Assembly (NCBI RefSeq): GCF_009914755.1
Contig: NC_060927.1
Direction: 5' to 3' (one strand)
DNA from: the human T2T-CHM13v2.0 reference genome, Homo sapiens
DNA: 64,000 nucleotides
The notes below the pieces were generated by a model. It did no database searches. It was given only the letters and a program-made list of their open reading frames with translations, and had not been told where the DNA came from. A program made the translations under genes and the position numbers. Positions within the stretch are counted from its first letter, which is position 1; each line of letters opens with the position of its first letter. This document shows positions 1 through 11,530 of this stretch, one piece after another.

Positions 1-300
1 GTAACAGATGACAAATTATCCACAACAAATTGATAAAGGATAATAGCTTTAAAGAGCAGATAAAAATAAGTAAGAAACACTAAGACATCCTCACTAGAAA
101 AATGAGCAAAGGCTATGTGAACAAAAGAGGCATTATAAATGGCTTGTATATACTTGAAAAAAAAATTTAAAACTTGATAGTAGTGAAACATGTTAGAAAT
201 TTAAAGCAATGAGAAACCAGTTTTACCAAGCAAATTGATAAAGATTTAATAACAAATAATAGGAACTTTTTCTTTTGGCCACAGTGGAGTAACAGTGACC
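1..300 (+). mobile_element. Ancient L1M fragment (3' ORF2 region)
   Basis: Degenerate L1 motifs such as agaaaaatgagcaaaggc and ttaaagcaatgagaaacc; A-rich. Confidence 0.55.
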
Positions 301-307
301 AGCTTCT

Positions 308-325
308 TTCTCTCTCTCTCTCTCG

Positions 326-361
<36 letters not shown>

Positions 362-381
362 CCCCCCCACCCACACACACA
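308..381. repeat. Compound (TC)n(CA)n microsatellite
   Basis: tctctctctctc...acacacacac read directly. Confidence 0.95.
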
Positions 382-384
382 TCA

Positions 385-1875
385 CCTTAAAAAAGAAAAA
401 CAGACAAAATTATATAAAACAATGGTTTCCAGTTATTGGACAACAGGAGCACAGTACAGTGATCTCTGAGTGGAGAGAAACCAAGGAAGACAGCTCTGTG
501 ATCACCCATCTTACTTTGTTTGTGTTGAAAGTTCTTTTCAGGCCACAGAACAGGGAGAGGGAGCCCAAAGAGAGACTGGTAGTCTTTTTGAGTTGAGGAG
601 GGAGAATTAAGAATTCATGGAGGCTAGACTTATCAGGCCAAAGTATCAGACAGTAGAATGCTACAGAGTGCTGAAGAGCTATCAAAAGTTCCCTTCAAAT
701 CTTAAGCTGAGTATGAATCAGCACATGCATGTGCAGAAACTACCCAAGGCTTTGGAAGGAACCACTGAAAAGGAGTGGAGAGAACAATTACCATAACCCA
801 CACAGAGCCTATAATGGTTTTTGTTCACACCAGCCAGAGTGGGAAGACTTCTAACACACACAGCATTAATTAGACTGCTCAGAAGGCTTTTTCCTCATTA
901 GTGGGGCCAAATTAGATCTAGACTAAAAGATGTTCTGTTCCCACATAACAAAGCTTAAAAGCAAGCCTCAAAAAGTACCAAGCTGTTCTCTAGTAATTTA
1001 ATTGCAGCTCAGAACAAAGTTCAAAAATATTTAAAGAACATCAACAAAATCTAACACCCAATATAAAATTGACAATACATTTAAAAAAAAATTACCAGGC
1101 ATGTAAAGAAACAGGAAAATGTGACCCATAATGAGCACAAAACTCATTCAATTGAAATGGTTCCAGAAATGACACAGATGATAAAATTGATAGAATGACA
1201 TTAAAGCAGCTATTAAACAAATACTCTATGCATTCAAGAAGACAAAGAAAAGCATAGGTATGTAAAGGAGAGATATATAATATATAAACAAGCCACAAAT
1301 CAAACAACTAGAGATTAAAAGTAGAATGGCTGGGATATTAATAAGATTAACAGTAAATTAGATCCAGCAGAAGAACATCCTAGTGAATTTTATGGAGAGC
1401 AATTGAAACTACCCAAAATAAAATACAGGGAGTAAAAGGAAGGGGAGGAGGAGAAATCATCCATCAGCTATGGAACAAGGCACTTAATACTTATATGGAG
1501 CCCCCAAAGGAGAGGAAAAAAGAAGGGTTGAGACAGACTGAAAATCTATCCAAAGAAATAATGACCAAACATTTAATGAAAACTATTAATCCACAGACCC
1601 AAAAACCTCAACCAAGCCCTAGCATAAAGAAACATTAGAAAATTACACTAAAATCAAACTGCTTAAAATTACTAATAAAGAGAAAATCTTAAAAGCACTC
1701 AGAGAAAAAGCATAGGTTATGTACAGAGAATCAAGGAAAAGAAAAGAATAACAGAAGACTTTGCACTGTGAACAATGAATGCCAGAAGAAAGTGGAACAT
1801 TTTTAAAGGACTGGAAGAAAAAACTGTCAACCTAGAATTCTATGTATAGTAAAAACATCTTCAAAGCTTAAAGTG
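385..1875 (+). mobile_element. Ancient L1M (L1M4/L1MD-like) 5'UTR and degenerate ORF1
   Basis: L1 ORF1 landmarks: aaagagaaaatcttaaaagca, gccagaagaaagtggaac, aactgtcaacctagaattcta. Confidence 0.75.
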
Positions 1876-2945
1876 AACAACCAAGTGCTGGTGAAGATAT
1901 GGAGAAATTGGAACTCTAATATATTGCTAGGGAGCTTGTAAGATAGTGCCATTGGTATGGAAAACAATCTGGCCATTCCTCAAAAGGGTAAACATAGTTA
2001 CCATATGATTTAGAAACTCCATCCCTAGGTGGAAGAGAACCCAAGAGAATTGAAAATATGTTTTCACACAAACACTTGTATATGAATGTTCATAATAGCA
2101 TTATTTTCAATAGCCAAAGAGTGAAAACAACCCAAACCTTTGTTAACTGACGAATGTATAAACAAAATGTGGTATATCCATTGCTGTGGTTTGAATGTGT
2201 CTCCCAAAGTTCATATGCTGGAAACTTAATCCCTAACACAGCAGTGTTAAGAGGTGGAGCCTAATAAGAAGTGATTAGGTCCTGAGGGCTCATGAATAGA
2301 TTAATGTCAGTATCATGGGAGTGGGTTAGTTATCTTGAGAATGGGTTTCTTATAAAAGTGAGTCTGGCCCCCCTGTGTGCTTGCTCTCTGGCTCTCTTGC
2401 CCTTCTGCCTTCTCCCATGGAATGCTGCAGCATGAAGGTGCTCACCAGATGCTGGTGCCATGCTCCTGGACTTCCCAGCCTCCAGAAACATGAGCCAAAT
2501 AAACTTCTATTGTTTATAAATTACCCAGTCTCAGGTATTTTGTTATAGAAACATGAAATGGACTAAGACATCTGTACAATAGAATACCATTCAGCCTTAA
2601 AAAGGAATTAAGTACTAATATAAGCTACAACATGGTTGAGCTTCAAAAACATGCTAAATGAAAAAAGTCACATGCAAAAGGTCACACACCACATGATTCT
2701 AATTATAGGAAATGTCAAGAATAGCCAAATCTATGGAGACAGAAAGTAGATTAGTGGTTGTGTGAGGCTATGGGGAGGAATGGAATGAGGAGTGACTACA
2801 AATGGGTACAGGACTTCTTTTGGGGGCGATAAAGATGTTCTAAACTTAGATAGTGGTGATGGTTGAATCGTACACTGAATTATACAATTTAAAAGGGTGA
2901 ATTTTATAATATGCAAATTATATCCCAATTAAGCTGGTTTTTTAA
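1876..2945 (+). mobile_element. L1MB-like 3' fragment nested inside the older L1 ORF1, itself split by an MST LTR
   Basis: 3' L1 motifs (caagtgctggtgaagatatggagaaattggaac ... ggagacagaaagtagattagtggttg ... tatatcccaattaagctg); host ORF1 resumes at aaaatgaaggtgaaata. Confidence 0.8.
2182..2570 (+). mobile_element. MaLR solo LTR, MST family (MSTC/D-like)
   Basis: Starts tgctgtggtttgaatgtgtc; ends aattacccagtctcaggtattttgttatag...ggactaagaca; flanks tccat/tctgt. Confidence 0.9.
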
Positions 2946-3765
2946 AATGAAGGTGAAATAGAGACTTTTTCGGGCATATAAAAGTTGAAAGTCTTCACCA
3001 CAAATAGACCAACACTTTAAAAAATATTGAAGAAATTCCTTTAGGCAGAAGAAAAATTATAATTACATGGAAAATATGGATATATACAACAGAATGAGAA
3101 GTACAGGAAATGATCAACATATGAGGTAATAAAAATATACTTTAAACTATTTTAAAAATATAATTAACTATTTAAAGCAATGATAATAATAAATTACATG
3201 GTTTATATACAAGTAGAAGTAAAATGCATGGCAGTGATAGGACGAAAGCCAAGCAAGGTAAAATGAAGTATTCTGTTGTAGGGTCCTTATATTCCATAAT
3301 ATAATTATTATATTTTCAGAATCGTACTTGAATATAGACTGTGATAAATTCAAAGTTATAAGTTGTATGCTCTAAAGCAATCACTAAGAAATTGAGCATA
3401 TAATAAGCTAACAAGGGAGATAAAAACAAGGGAGATAAAAAGAAGCATAAAAACATTCCCAAAAAGGCAGAAAAAAGAGAGGGAAAATGAACAAAGACCA
3501 GATAGGACAAATAGAAAGCAAATGGTGAGATGGTAGATTCACACTAAATTATATCAATATTCACATTAAATTTAAATGATGCTTATTATCTAGTTAAAAG
3601 ACAAGTGTTGTCAGACTCAATAAAAAAGCAAGACCCAACTACATGCTGTCTACAGTAAACCCACTTTGAATATAAAGATACAAATGAGGCTTCAAGGGAA
3701 AGGATAGAAAAGAGTATACCATCAAATATTAATCTAAAGAAACCAGGAGTGGTTTTATTAATATA
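2946..3765 (+). mobile_element. Continuation of ancient L1M: ORF1 end, inter-ORF region, start of ORF2 endonuclease
   Basis: caagacccaactacatgctgtctacagtaaacccacttt matches the L1 ORF2 N-terminal (DPTxCCLQ-like) region. Confidence 0.8.
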
Positions 3766-4601
3766 TCCTGCAGTGAAGCAGGATTCCTTGGTACAAGCTG
3801 GCTTAAACGTGGATTCCGGGTTCTACCTGGGGATGGGACTAGCCCACAGGATGGAGAGTTGTAAGTCTTGAATGCCAGACTAAGGAGCTGGCATGGATGT
3901 GGATAGACAATAAGTTAACTGAAGGGCTTGGGGTGTAGCCTGTGGAATGCCTGGAGTGGGCTGCAGACTGGAGACAGAGACCCAGGGAGGGTTTCAGCTA
4001 TGGGGTGATGGAGGCTGGGACCACTGCAGGGCAGTTAGAGATGCAGCGATGCCTTTGAGAGGCTACAGACATGGGACTGAAAGGCAGAACATCAAGAACA
4101 GAGGGAAAGGAGGAGAGAATTTTAGCCAGAGCTTCCATCACCCCATACCTGAAACCCTCCCTGGGTCTCTGTCTCCAGTCTGCAGCCCACTCCAGGGATT
4201 CCACAGGCTACACCCCAAGCCCTTCAGTGAGCCTATTGTTGGTCTGTTTAGCATTTGCTGCCTATCTATTATGTGACAAGCTCTGAGCTGCTGGCACTGT
4301 GGAGAGTTCAGAGATAAGGAAGGCACAGACCCCACCTTCCAGAAGCAAACTATGAGTCTGTACTAGTAGGGTTTGTATTATCCTAACTTGCATTATGATA
4401 AATCTCCAATAATGCTCTGGAATGGAGCATTTCCCAACTCACTCGACCATTTGAAGAGCAGAGGCATAGCAGGGGTTATCAATTGTTGAGCCTTACTGCA
4501 GGCCAGATATTTTATCTCAGCTGAGCTTGAGGGGCAGCACATTGCAGTGCAGCACTAAGATGTGAGGGGTGCCTCTCATAAAACTCCAAATTTATCTCAT
4601 T

Positions 4602-5026
4602 TTTTTTTAAACTTTACGTTCTAGGGTACATGTGCACAATGTGCAGGTTTGTTACATATGTATACATGTGCCATGTTGGTGTGCTGCACCCATTAACTCG
4701 TCATTTACATTAGGTATATCTCCTAACGCTATCCCTCCCCCGTCCCACCACCTCACAACAGGCCCCGGTGTGTGATGTTCCCCTTCCTGTGTCCAAGTGT
4801 TCTCATTGTTCAATTCCCACCTATGAGTGAGAACATGTGGTGTTTGTTTTTTTGTCCTTGTGACAGTTTGCTGAGAATGATGGTTTCCAGCTTCATCCAT
4901 GTCCCTACAAAGGACATGAACTCATCCTTTTTTATGGCTGCATAGTATTCCATGGTGTATATGTGCCACATTTTCTTAATCCAGACTACTGCAGCACTAT
5001 TCACAATAGCAAGGACTTGGAACCAA
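4602..5026 (-). mobile_element. Short L1PA (PA3-PA5-like) 3' end with 5' inversion
   Basis: Antisense L1PA 3'UTR 4602-4984, then a sense piece (gcactattcacaatagcaaggacttggaaccaacc); flanked by the duplicated target ccaaatttatctcatt. Confidence 0.93.
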
Positions 5027-5279
5027 CCCAAATTTATCTCATTCTTATGAACGTCTGCCATTCCACAAGCTGGAAGACAGGGAATAAATGTGAGTCCTGT
5101 AGGAAGGCATGAGGTGGGAATGCAGACAGGTAATGTTGTACCACAGGTGAGCTCAATCAAGTTAGAGGCACTCACTCATTTCCCTACCCTCTGAGGCAGA
5201 TCAAGGAATCCCCTCCAGCAATTTCCCAGACCATTGGCTACATGGTGGTGCTGGGGGAATATTAAAGGAGCAGCAGCAT

Positions 5280-5405
5280 TTTACAAATGCCTGGTTTACA
5301 GGTGAGGAGAGGCTTTCAGACTTGTCCAAGGAAACACTGCTGATAAGACGTGGGATTTGAACCCAGATCAGTCTTACTACAAAGTCCAATCTCTTACCTC
5401 CTGTG
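5280..5405 (-). mobile_element. MIR
   Basis: tttacaggtgaggag...gggatttgaacccagatcagtc. Confidence 0.7.
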
Positions 5406-5509
5406 TAGTGTGGTTTCCTAGGGCTGGGGGGGTTAGAGGAAAAGAGTTTCCAAAATACTCCTTTGCAGGATAATAAACCCATGATTCCTTTAAACACAGA
5501 AAGCAGGTG

Positions 5510-6910
5510 CAAGAATACTAAATAAGCCTAGAATATCTCGTACCAGAAAATAAGGAAATGTTCAAGGAAGGACGTTGGCATGTTAAAGTGACAGAGGGGC
5601 CAGCTTGAAGGGGCTCCCACTGGCCAAAGCCAGGGAAATTTGAATGTCAAAAGAAATAGTCACAGTAATAGATTATAACCCATTAAATAAAACAAGAATC
5701 CACGAATCCTTACCAAGTACATATACGAATGAATGAATGAATGGATGGATGGATGAGTGGGGAGAGGAGAGATCTTTTCCTTACAGTTAGATTGCCAACT
5801 GATACATTTAGAAGGTATGACAGAGGCTGGGCACGGTGGCTCATGCCTGTTATCCCAGCACTTTGGGAGGCTGAGGTGGGAAGACTGCTTGAGGACAGGA
5901 GTTCAAGACCAGTCTGGGCAACAAAGTGAAACCCTCTCTCTACAAAAAAATAAAATTTAAAAAGTTAGCCAGTTGTGGTGGTATGTGCCTGTAGTCCTAG
6001 CTACTTCGGAAGGCTGAGGCAAGAGGATTACTTGCCTAGGAGTTAGAGGCTGCAGTAAGCTATGATTGTGCCACTGCACTCCAGCCTGGGGCAACACAGC
6101 GAGACCCTGACTCTAAACAAAAGAAGGAGGAGGAGGAGAAGGAGGAATGATGGAATCAGGAAATCACCATTTGGCAACTGTGTTAGTAACAACTTCATCC
6201 AGGCAAAAATCCCCAAAGAATGCTACAACTAAACTTTGATGATGAATGACATCATTCCGAGGTACCTCCCCAAGAAAATACTTATTGCTGACAAAGGGGA
6301 AAAGAACAACTAAGGAAAAAATGGCGGACACCACCTTAATAAGGCGATTGACGTTCCTGCACCAGTAATGCGGCAAAGAGAAATTGTGTGCTACCCACTA
6401 GGACGCAATGAGAACACAGCATCATTTCTGTGATGTTCCTACTGAAAACAGGCAACCTGAACCCAATAAGAAAGAAACAGCAGCCAAACTGGAGCTGTGG
6501 GACCTCCTGCAACATACGTAGCCTAAAATCTTCAAAAGCATCAAGGTTGTGCAAGTCTATGGAAGACTGAGGAGCTGTTCCAGAATGAGGGAGGCTAGGG
6601 GGAAATGACAGCTAAATGCCGTGCAGGATTCGGGACCGAATCCCTTGCTCTGAAAGGCATTATCGGGATAGCTGGTTAAACTTGCCTGGAGTCTGAGGAT
6701 TAGGTGGTTACAATGCATTGATGTAAATTTCCTGATTTTGGTGCTTGTGGTTAGGTAGAGAATGTCCTCATTTGTAAGAAATATCCACAAAATATTTGGG
6801 GGGTGGTGGAGTATCACGTTAGTAACTTACTTTTTTCCCCGCTAAAATGGCTTGGGGGAAATAGCTCTTTTTACTACTGCGGCAGCTTTCTGTAAATTTG
6901 AAATTATTAT
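5510..6910 (+). mobile_element. L1MC-type 3' region, interrupted by an AluJ
   Basis: ggggccagcttgaaggggctcccactggccaaagc...gattataaccc; 3' terminus ttctgtaaatttgaaattatt. Confidence 0.75.
5825..6123 (+). mobile_element. AluJ
   Basis: Dimeric Alu with J-type features (ggctgcagtaagctatgattgtgccactg); tail decays into (GGA)n. Confidence 0.92.
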
Positions 6911-7292
6911 ACAAACCCGAAGGTGCTTTTGGGCAGTTTTCTCGCCGTTGTTACCTGATGAAGGTGTTACTCGTGGAAAGGAAAGGACTTTCTGAAGAGG
7001 GTCGAAGGCCCCCTTTTCCCTCTCAGGCCGGTGAAACTCCTGGGGACTCCTCGCACAACAGACAGAGGACAGCGCCAGCGCCCCCAGAGGTGGTCGGGAA
7101 AGGGCCTGGGGTGGACTCTAGAGACCTGCAGCCACGCGCAGCTCGCCGCCGCTGTTGCAAGCTGATTGTCGTCGTCAGCAAGTTCTTCCTTCTGGAATCC
7201 GCCACTTGGGCCTAAGGGGAGGCTGGTTTGTGTCCTGGAAGAACCGGGTCCCTCCGCCCTAACCATCAGGTCGGCGTTACTTGAGGCGTTCT

Positions 7293-7326
7293 GATCCCTT
7301 CAGCCTTCCGATCCCTTCAGCCTTCC
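7293..7326. repeat. 17-bp perfect tandem duplication
   Basis: gatcccttcagccttcc x2. Confidence 0.95.
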
Positions 7327-7345
7327 GGTGCCAGCTCTGCAGCGA

Positions 7346-7364
7346 AGGCGCCCCCTGGTGTCCA
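7346..7364 (-). promoter_or_regulatory. CTCF motif (reverse orientation)
   Basis: Reverse complement TGGACACCAGGGGGCGCCT vs consensus TGGCCACCAGGGGGCGCTA. Confidence 0.8.
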
Positions 7365-7494
7365 ATGAAAGAGGCGCAACTGCCGTTAAGTGCAGATCTT
7401 CCAGGGGAGAGACAAGTATTCCTGCCCGCCCGATTCCCAAATTTACTCCTCCTTGGACCAGCCAGCCCACCTACTTCCATTCATTTGGGCATGT

Positions 7495-7720
7495 GTTCTT
7501 CATTTTATTCATTCATCTGTTTGTTCATTCATGCACCCACTGCGTTCCGGGTACCGAGTTTGACCCTGGAAGTACACAGGTAGATCATGGCCAGGCTTTA
7601 GCCTCAAGGAGCCCTCAGGCTGACGGAGGCACAGGCTCTCACACCACAGCAGGATCTCTGCCTCCTGAAGGTAAGTGCAAGGGGCTCTGGGAGCACCCAA
7701 AGTGATCTAGGAAGTCTTCC
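7495..7720 (-). mobile_element. L2 3' fragment
   Basis: attcattcat...cacccactgcgttccgggtac is the antisense L2 tail. Confidence 0.6.
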
Positions 7721-7957
7721 AGGAGCAGGTGACCACAATTCAGCTCCTTTTTATTCCCACTGCCACTGCCCTGTTCTCTAAAGCCCCTTGCCCCTCTGTC
7801 CTCACAGCTGGAGCATCACTACCCTCTCTTCCAGGGCTTCCGCTCAGTCTAGACCTGGCGGACAGAGGGCTATCCTCCTACTTGGCCACAAAGGCAGGCA
7901 TAGGCACAGGCAGCCCTGAGGCACAGCTTCCCCTGCTGATAATAGCGTTGATGACAA

Positions 7958-7993
7958 GGATATGGATATGGATATGGATATGGATATGAATAT
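7958..7993. repeat. (GGATAT)n hexanucleotide repeat
   Basis: 5 perfect copies plus 1 degenerate copy. Confidence 0.95.
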
Positions 7994-7994
7994 T

Positions 7995-8215
7995 AATAGA
8001 AGCTGACATTTAGTGAGGGCTTAGTTTGTTCTAGGCACTGTGCTAAGAATTGTACAACATGACACCATCTAATCCCCACCGCTGCCCATAGACATTGGAT
8101 ACTGGGATCATACCCATTTTACAGTGGAGGAAACTAAGGCTCAGTGAAGTTAAGGAGGGAACCTCACCAGTCATCTTCCAGTCAGGGAGTCTGCAGCTTC
8201 TCATAATCCATACCT
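7995..8215 (-). mobile_element. MIR
   Basis: cccattttacagtggaggaaactaaggctcag core. Confidence 0.85.
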
Positions 8216-8839
8216 GCCATGCCATGCTCCCTACCTTCCCTGCTGTTCACTGCAGAAGGTCCCCAGTTCTGTCAAAGGTCATCTCTGGACCCATCACTGC
8301 ATGTTCTAGAGAGCTTGACTGCGTAAATACTTTCTAATGCTAAAGTATTGTTGGAAACCTCTCCTCCCTTCAGAGGAGACTGCTGCCCTCAGGGGGCTGG
8401 GACTTCCCCAAACCACAAAGCTACTACATGGCAGGGCCTGGACATGAATAGGGGTCAGAGATATTTCCACTTCTCTATCCCCAAGGGCATCTTCCTCAGT
8501 GGATGCTCAATGAATATCTGTTGCTTGCAGAAAACTGCCTCCTATTTAACACCTGATATTGACCTAAAACTATCAGGACTTTTATTTCCAATGCTCAAGC
8601 TGGTTTTGTTTGTGATAGCTAGAATCCTCATGCAATGACATGAAGGAGATTGAACTGGCCATTGCGGGGCCATGGCGTACATTTTCCTAGTGCCCACTAT
8701 GTGCCAGACGTGGTTATACTCATCACATCATCAGTTCCTCATGACGGCTCTTCAGAGGAGTCCATTTGACAGATGAAGGGGAGTCCCAGAAAGCTGAGAA
8801 CTTTCAATACCCTGGAGACGCTCAGAGCTACTCTTCAGG

Positions 8840-9215
8840 CCCCCGCACCCTTTTCTGTCCCACTAACACACCAAGCCCATTCCCTTCTCCAGGCCTTTGC
8901 ACTGGCTGTTCCCTCTATGCCTGCATGCTCTTTCCCAGGGTCTTCTCCTGGCTGGCTGTTCCTCATCATTCAACTCTCTGCACAATGTCACCTCCTCTGG
9001 CCACCCTACTGACCCCTGTCACTCGCTACCTCACTACCCTGTCCAGCGGTGGCTGTGCTCTGAGACCCTCATTCATCTATGAGCTTGCCTGTTCATTGAA
9101 TTTATTTCCCGCATGCATGAGAGCTCCCTGAGGGCAGGGACTCTGTCATCTGTGTCCCAGCATCCAGAACAGTGCCTGACGTATCAGAAGTGCTCAGTGA
9201 ATATTTGTTGAATGA
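8840..9215 (+). mobile_element. L2 3' end
   Basis: gctccctgagggcagggac...agaacagtgcctgac...aatatttgttgaatgaa. Confidence 0.85.
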
Positions 9216-9405
9216 ACGGAATCATTTGCCGGTCTTGTCCATTGGATCTCTGACAGCCTTCTGATGTAGTAGGAAGATGGCCCTTCCTACTGCTGCTGCT
9301 CAGCTGTGACCCCAGTCCCTGGGGACCCTGCCAGGTGTCTAAGCCATCTGATAGAGCATCTTTCTAACCCACACTTCTGTCCATGTCACTCTCCTCCTCA
9401 AAAAA

Positions 9406-9421
9406 CATCATCGTCATCATT

Positions 9422-9458
<37 letters not shown>
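9406..9458. repeat. (CAT)n trinucleotide microsatellite
   Basis: Read directly. Confidence 0.95.
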
Positions 9459-9529
9459 ATCTGTCACTTGATGGAGACTGTGAAGCTGTCTGTCATCATT
9501 GCTATATTAAAAGTCCCCCGTATTTCAAG

Positions 9530-9670
9530 GTTTTATCCCAATTTAGAGATGGGGGAACAGAAGCTTAGACAGGTTGAGGAACTCGCACAGGCCCACACAG
9601 CTGCTGAGTGGGCAAACTGAGATTTGAACGCAGGTCAGTGTGATCCCAGGTCCCCACTCTTAGCGGCTGT
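9530..9670 (-). mobile_element. MIR
   Basis: tttagagatgggggaacagaagcttagacagg...gatttgaacgcaggtcag. Confidence 0.75.
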
Positions 9671-9684
9671 CTCCTACCATAGAG

Positions 9685-9872
9685 CATAGCTTTCACGTGC
9701 ATCAAACTTGAGCATGTGTCAGAATCATCTGGAGAGCTTGTTAATACGCAGGTTACTGGGCTGCACTCCCAGAGTTTCTGACTCCACTTGTCTAGGGTAC
9801 GGCCTGAGAATATGCATTTCTAACAGGCTTCCAGGTAAGATGACCACTGGCCTCACACTGAGAGAACCACTG
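9685..9872. mobile_element. MER5A (hAT-Charlie DNA transposon)
   Basis: cagaatcatctggagagcttgttaa...ggcctgagaatatgcatttctaacagg...cacactgagagaaccactg. Confidence 0.85.
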
Positions 9873-10469
9873 GCCTGGAAAAAATACACAGCAGCCCAAA
9901 CAAATAGAACTTTGTCTGCAGTTTCAGGAGGTTCATGGATCCCCTGCAGCCTCTCCATGTGCTTTGGGAATAGGGAAGGATCTGTGGACCTCACCTTCAG
10001 AACCACTGTTCAAACAAACAATGTAAGTCAGATCCACGACATCCTGAGGCCCTGAGTTCTGTTCAGCAAGTTTCCTTTAAGCAAGGGCCACCAGAGTCTC
10101 GGCCTTAGTCCCTTTGCAAATCTGACTCTTTCTTACTAAAGTTAATTATCTGACATTGAAACGTACCCTAGCTGACACACCACAGAAAGGCCTCCACTTG
10201 TCTCACCGACGCAAATGATAAATAGAGGGCCCAGAGCAATTTCTCTCAGAGATTTCATGTCAGTATTTTAATAATCATTGAGCAGGGCCCTGGGAGCCAA
10301 TTACAAAACTAGGACAGATTTTTTTCTAAAACTACTTGGTTTCCAACTCCTAAAACTTGTAGGCGTCTAAAACTGATGGATCTGAAGGGTTCTGACATAG
10401 TTTCCCCCAAGGATGAGTCGTGCATAGAATTTGAAATTTAGTTCCAGGAAAGCTGAAGCTGTGATGTTT

Positions 10470-10572
10470 CCCTCCTCTTCCCCTTCCTCCTCCTCCTCCC
10501 GCTGCTCCTCTTCCTCCCTCTCCTTCTTCTCACTCTCCTCCTCCCATTTTCCTCTCCTCTTCCCTCCCCCTT
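10470..10572. repeat. Polypyrimidine (CCT)-rich low-complexity tract
   Basis: Read directly. Confidence 0.85.
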
Positions 10573-10984
10573 CACCAGTCTCCTTACTAAAACTGAGTTG
10601 CCCTGAGACTGGAGCCTGGATGTGGGAAGGCTGCCCGATTGTTGGCTGTGGGCACTGGGAGCCTTCAGCCTTCATCCTTTCTCTCACCGCTCTGCCAGCG
10701 GTTGGGGAACCTACACCAACTGCCTGGGCCACAGGGGGACTGGGGGGCCTGGGGCCAGGGTTCAGGGAAGCTCTGGGGCTGGGAAGTGGCCAGCCATGCC
10801 TCCCAGGACAGTCTCAGGGTCTAGGACCCTTGGGAACCTTGGCTGGTTTCCCCTCCTGCCTTGGTGAGTTCCGGATTCTAGGCCCACACATGGCAAAGAC
10901 CTGAGTCCTGTTAAAATCAGGTCATCCTCCCACAGCCCCCATGGTGACTCCAGCACAGGCTAGTAGCAGGTACTCAGTCATCAA

Positions 10985-11530
10985 TACAAGCCTTCAAAAA
11001 TGTAAATCCGATCATCTTGCAGCCGCTCTCCAATCACTGGCTCCCATCACACCTGGACTAAAACCAAGCCTCCTTTGCAGGGCAGCCCCAGTCAAACCTG
11101 CTGACTCCATCTCTCTCCATTCTCTCCCTTGCTCCACCTGCTTGGCCATGCTGGCCTCCTTGCTGTCTGGTCCTCAGGCACTCCAGGCATAGTTCTGTCT
11201 TAGGGCCTTTGCACTGCAGTGCCCTCCTCCCCAGACAGCTGCATGGCTGTCCCCCGCCTGATTTAGGCCTCTGCTCAAACATCGCCTTCATAGAGACCCC
11301 CAGCTAAAACAGTGCTTCCTACCCACACTGCATGTGCTGCTCTCTTTCTTCAAAGCACCAGTCATTCCCCTTATATTCCGTGCTAACTGTGCATCTATTT
11401 ATTATGTCTGTCTCAAAAGAAGGTCAAGATCATGAAGCCAGGGGCCAGGTCTGGTCTTCATCTACCATTGTATCCACAGGGCTGCACTCAGAGGAAATAA
11501 TAAATATTGAATGAATGAATGAATGAATGA
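10985..11530 (+). mobile_element. L2 with (GAAT)n tail
   Basis: tagggcctttgcactgcagtgccctc...aaatattgaatgaatgaatgaatgaat. Confidence 0.8.

Larger units (their letters stand above)
6940..7440. promoter_or_regulatory. Small CpG-island-like element
   Basis: About 30 CpG in roughly 500 bp by hand count; GC-rich and not a recognisable repeat. Confidence 0.65.

Noticed and set aside
4652-5175. ORFs containing WIKKMWHIYTMEYYAAIKKDEFMSF
   Set aside because: C-terminus of L1 ORF2p from the truncated L1PA; not a gene
7076-7095. Possible second CTCF motif (GACCACCTCTGGGGGCGCTG)
   Set aside because: Four mismatches in the 5' half of the core when aligned on GGGGGCGC
9306-10904. Poly-Ser, poly-Ile and poly-Glu ORFs
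   Set aside because: Produced by (CAT)n and (CCT)n simple repeats
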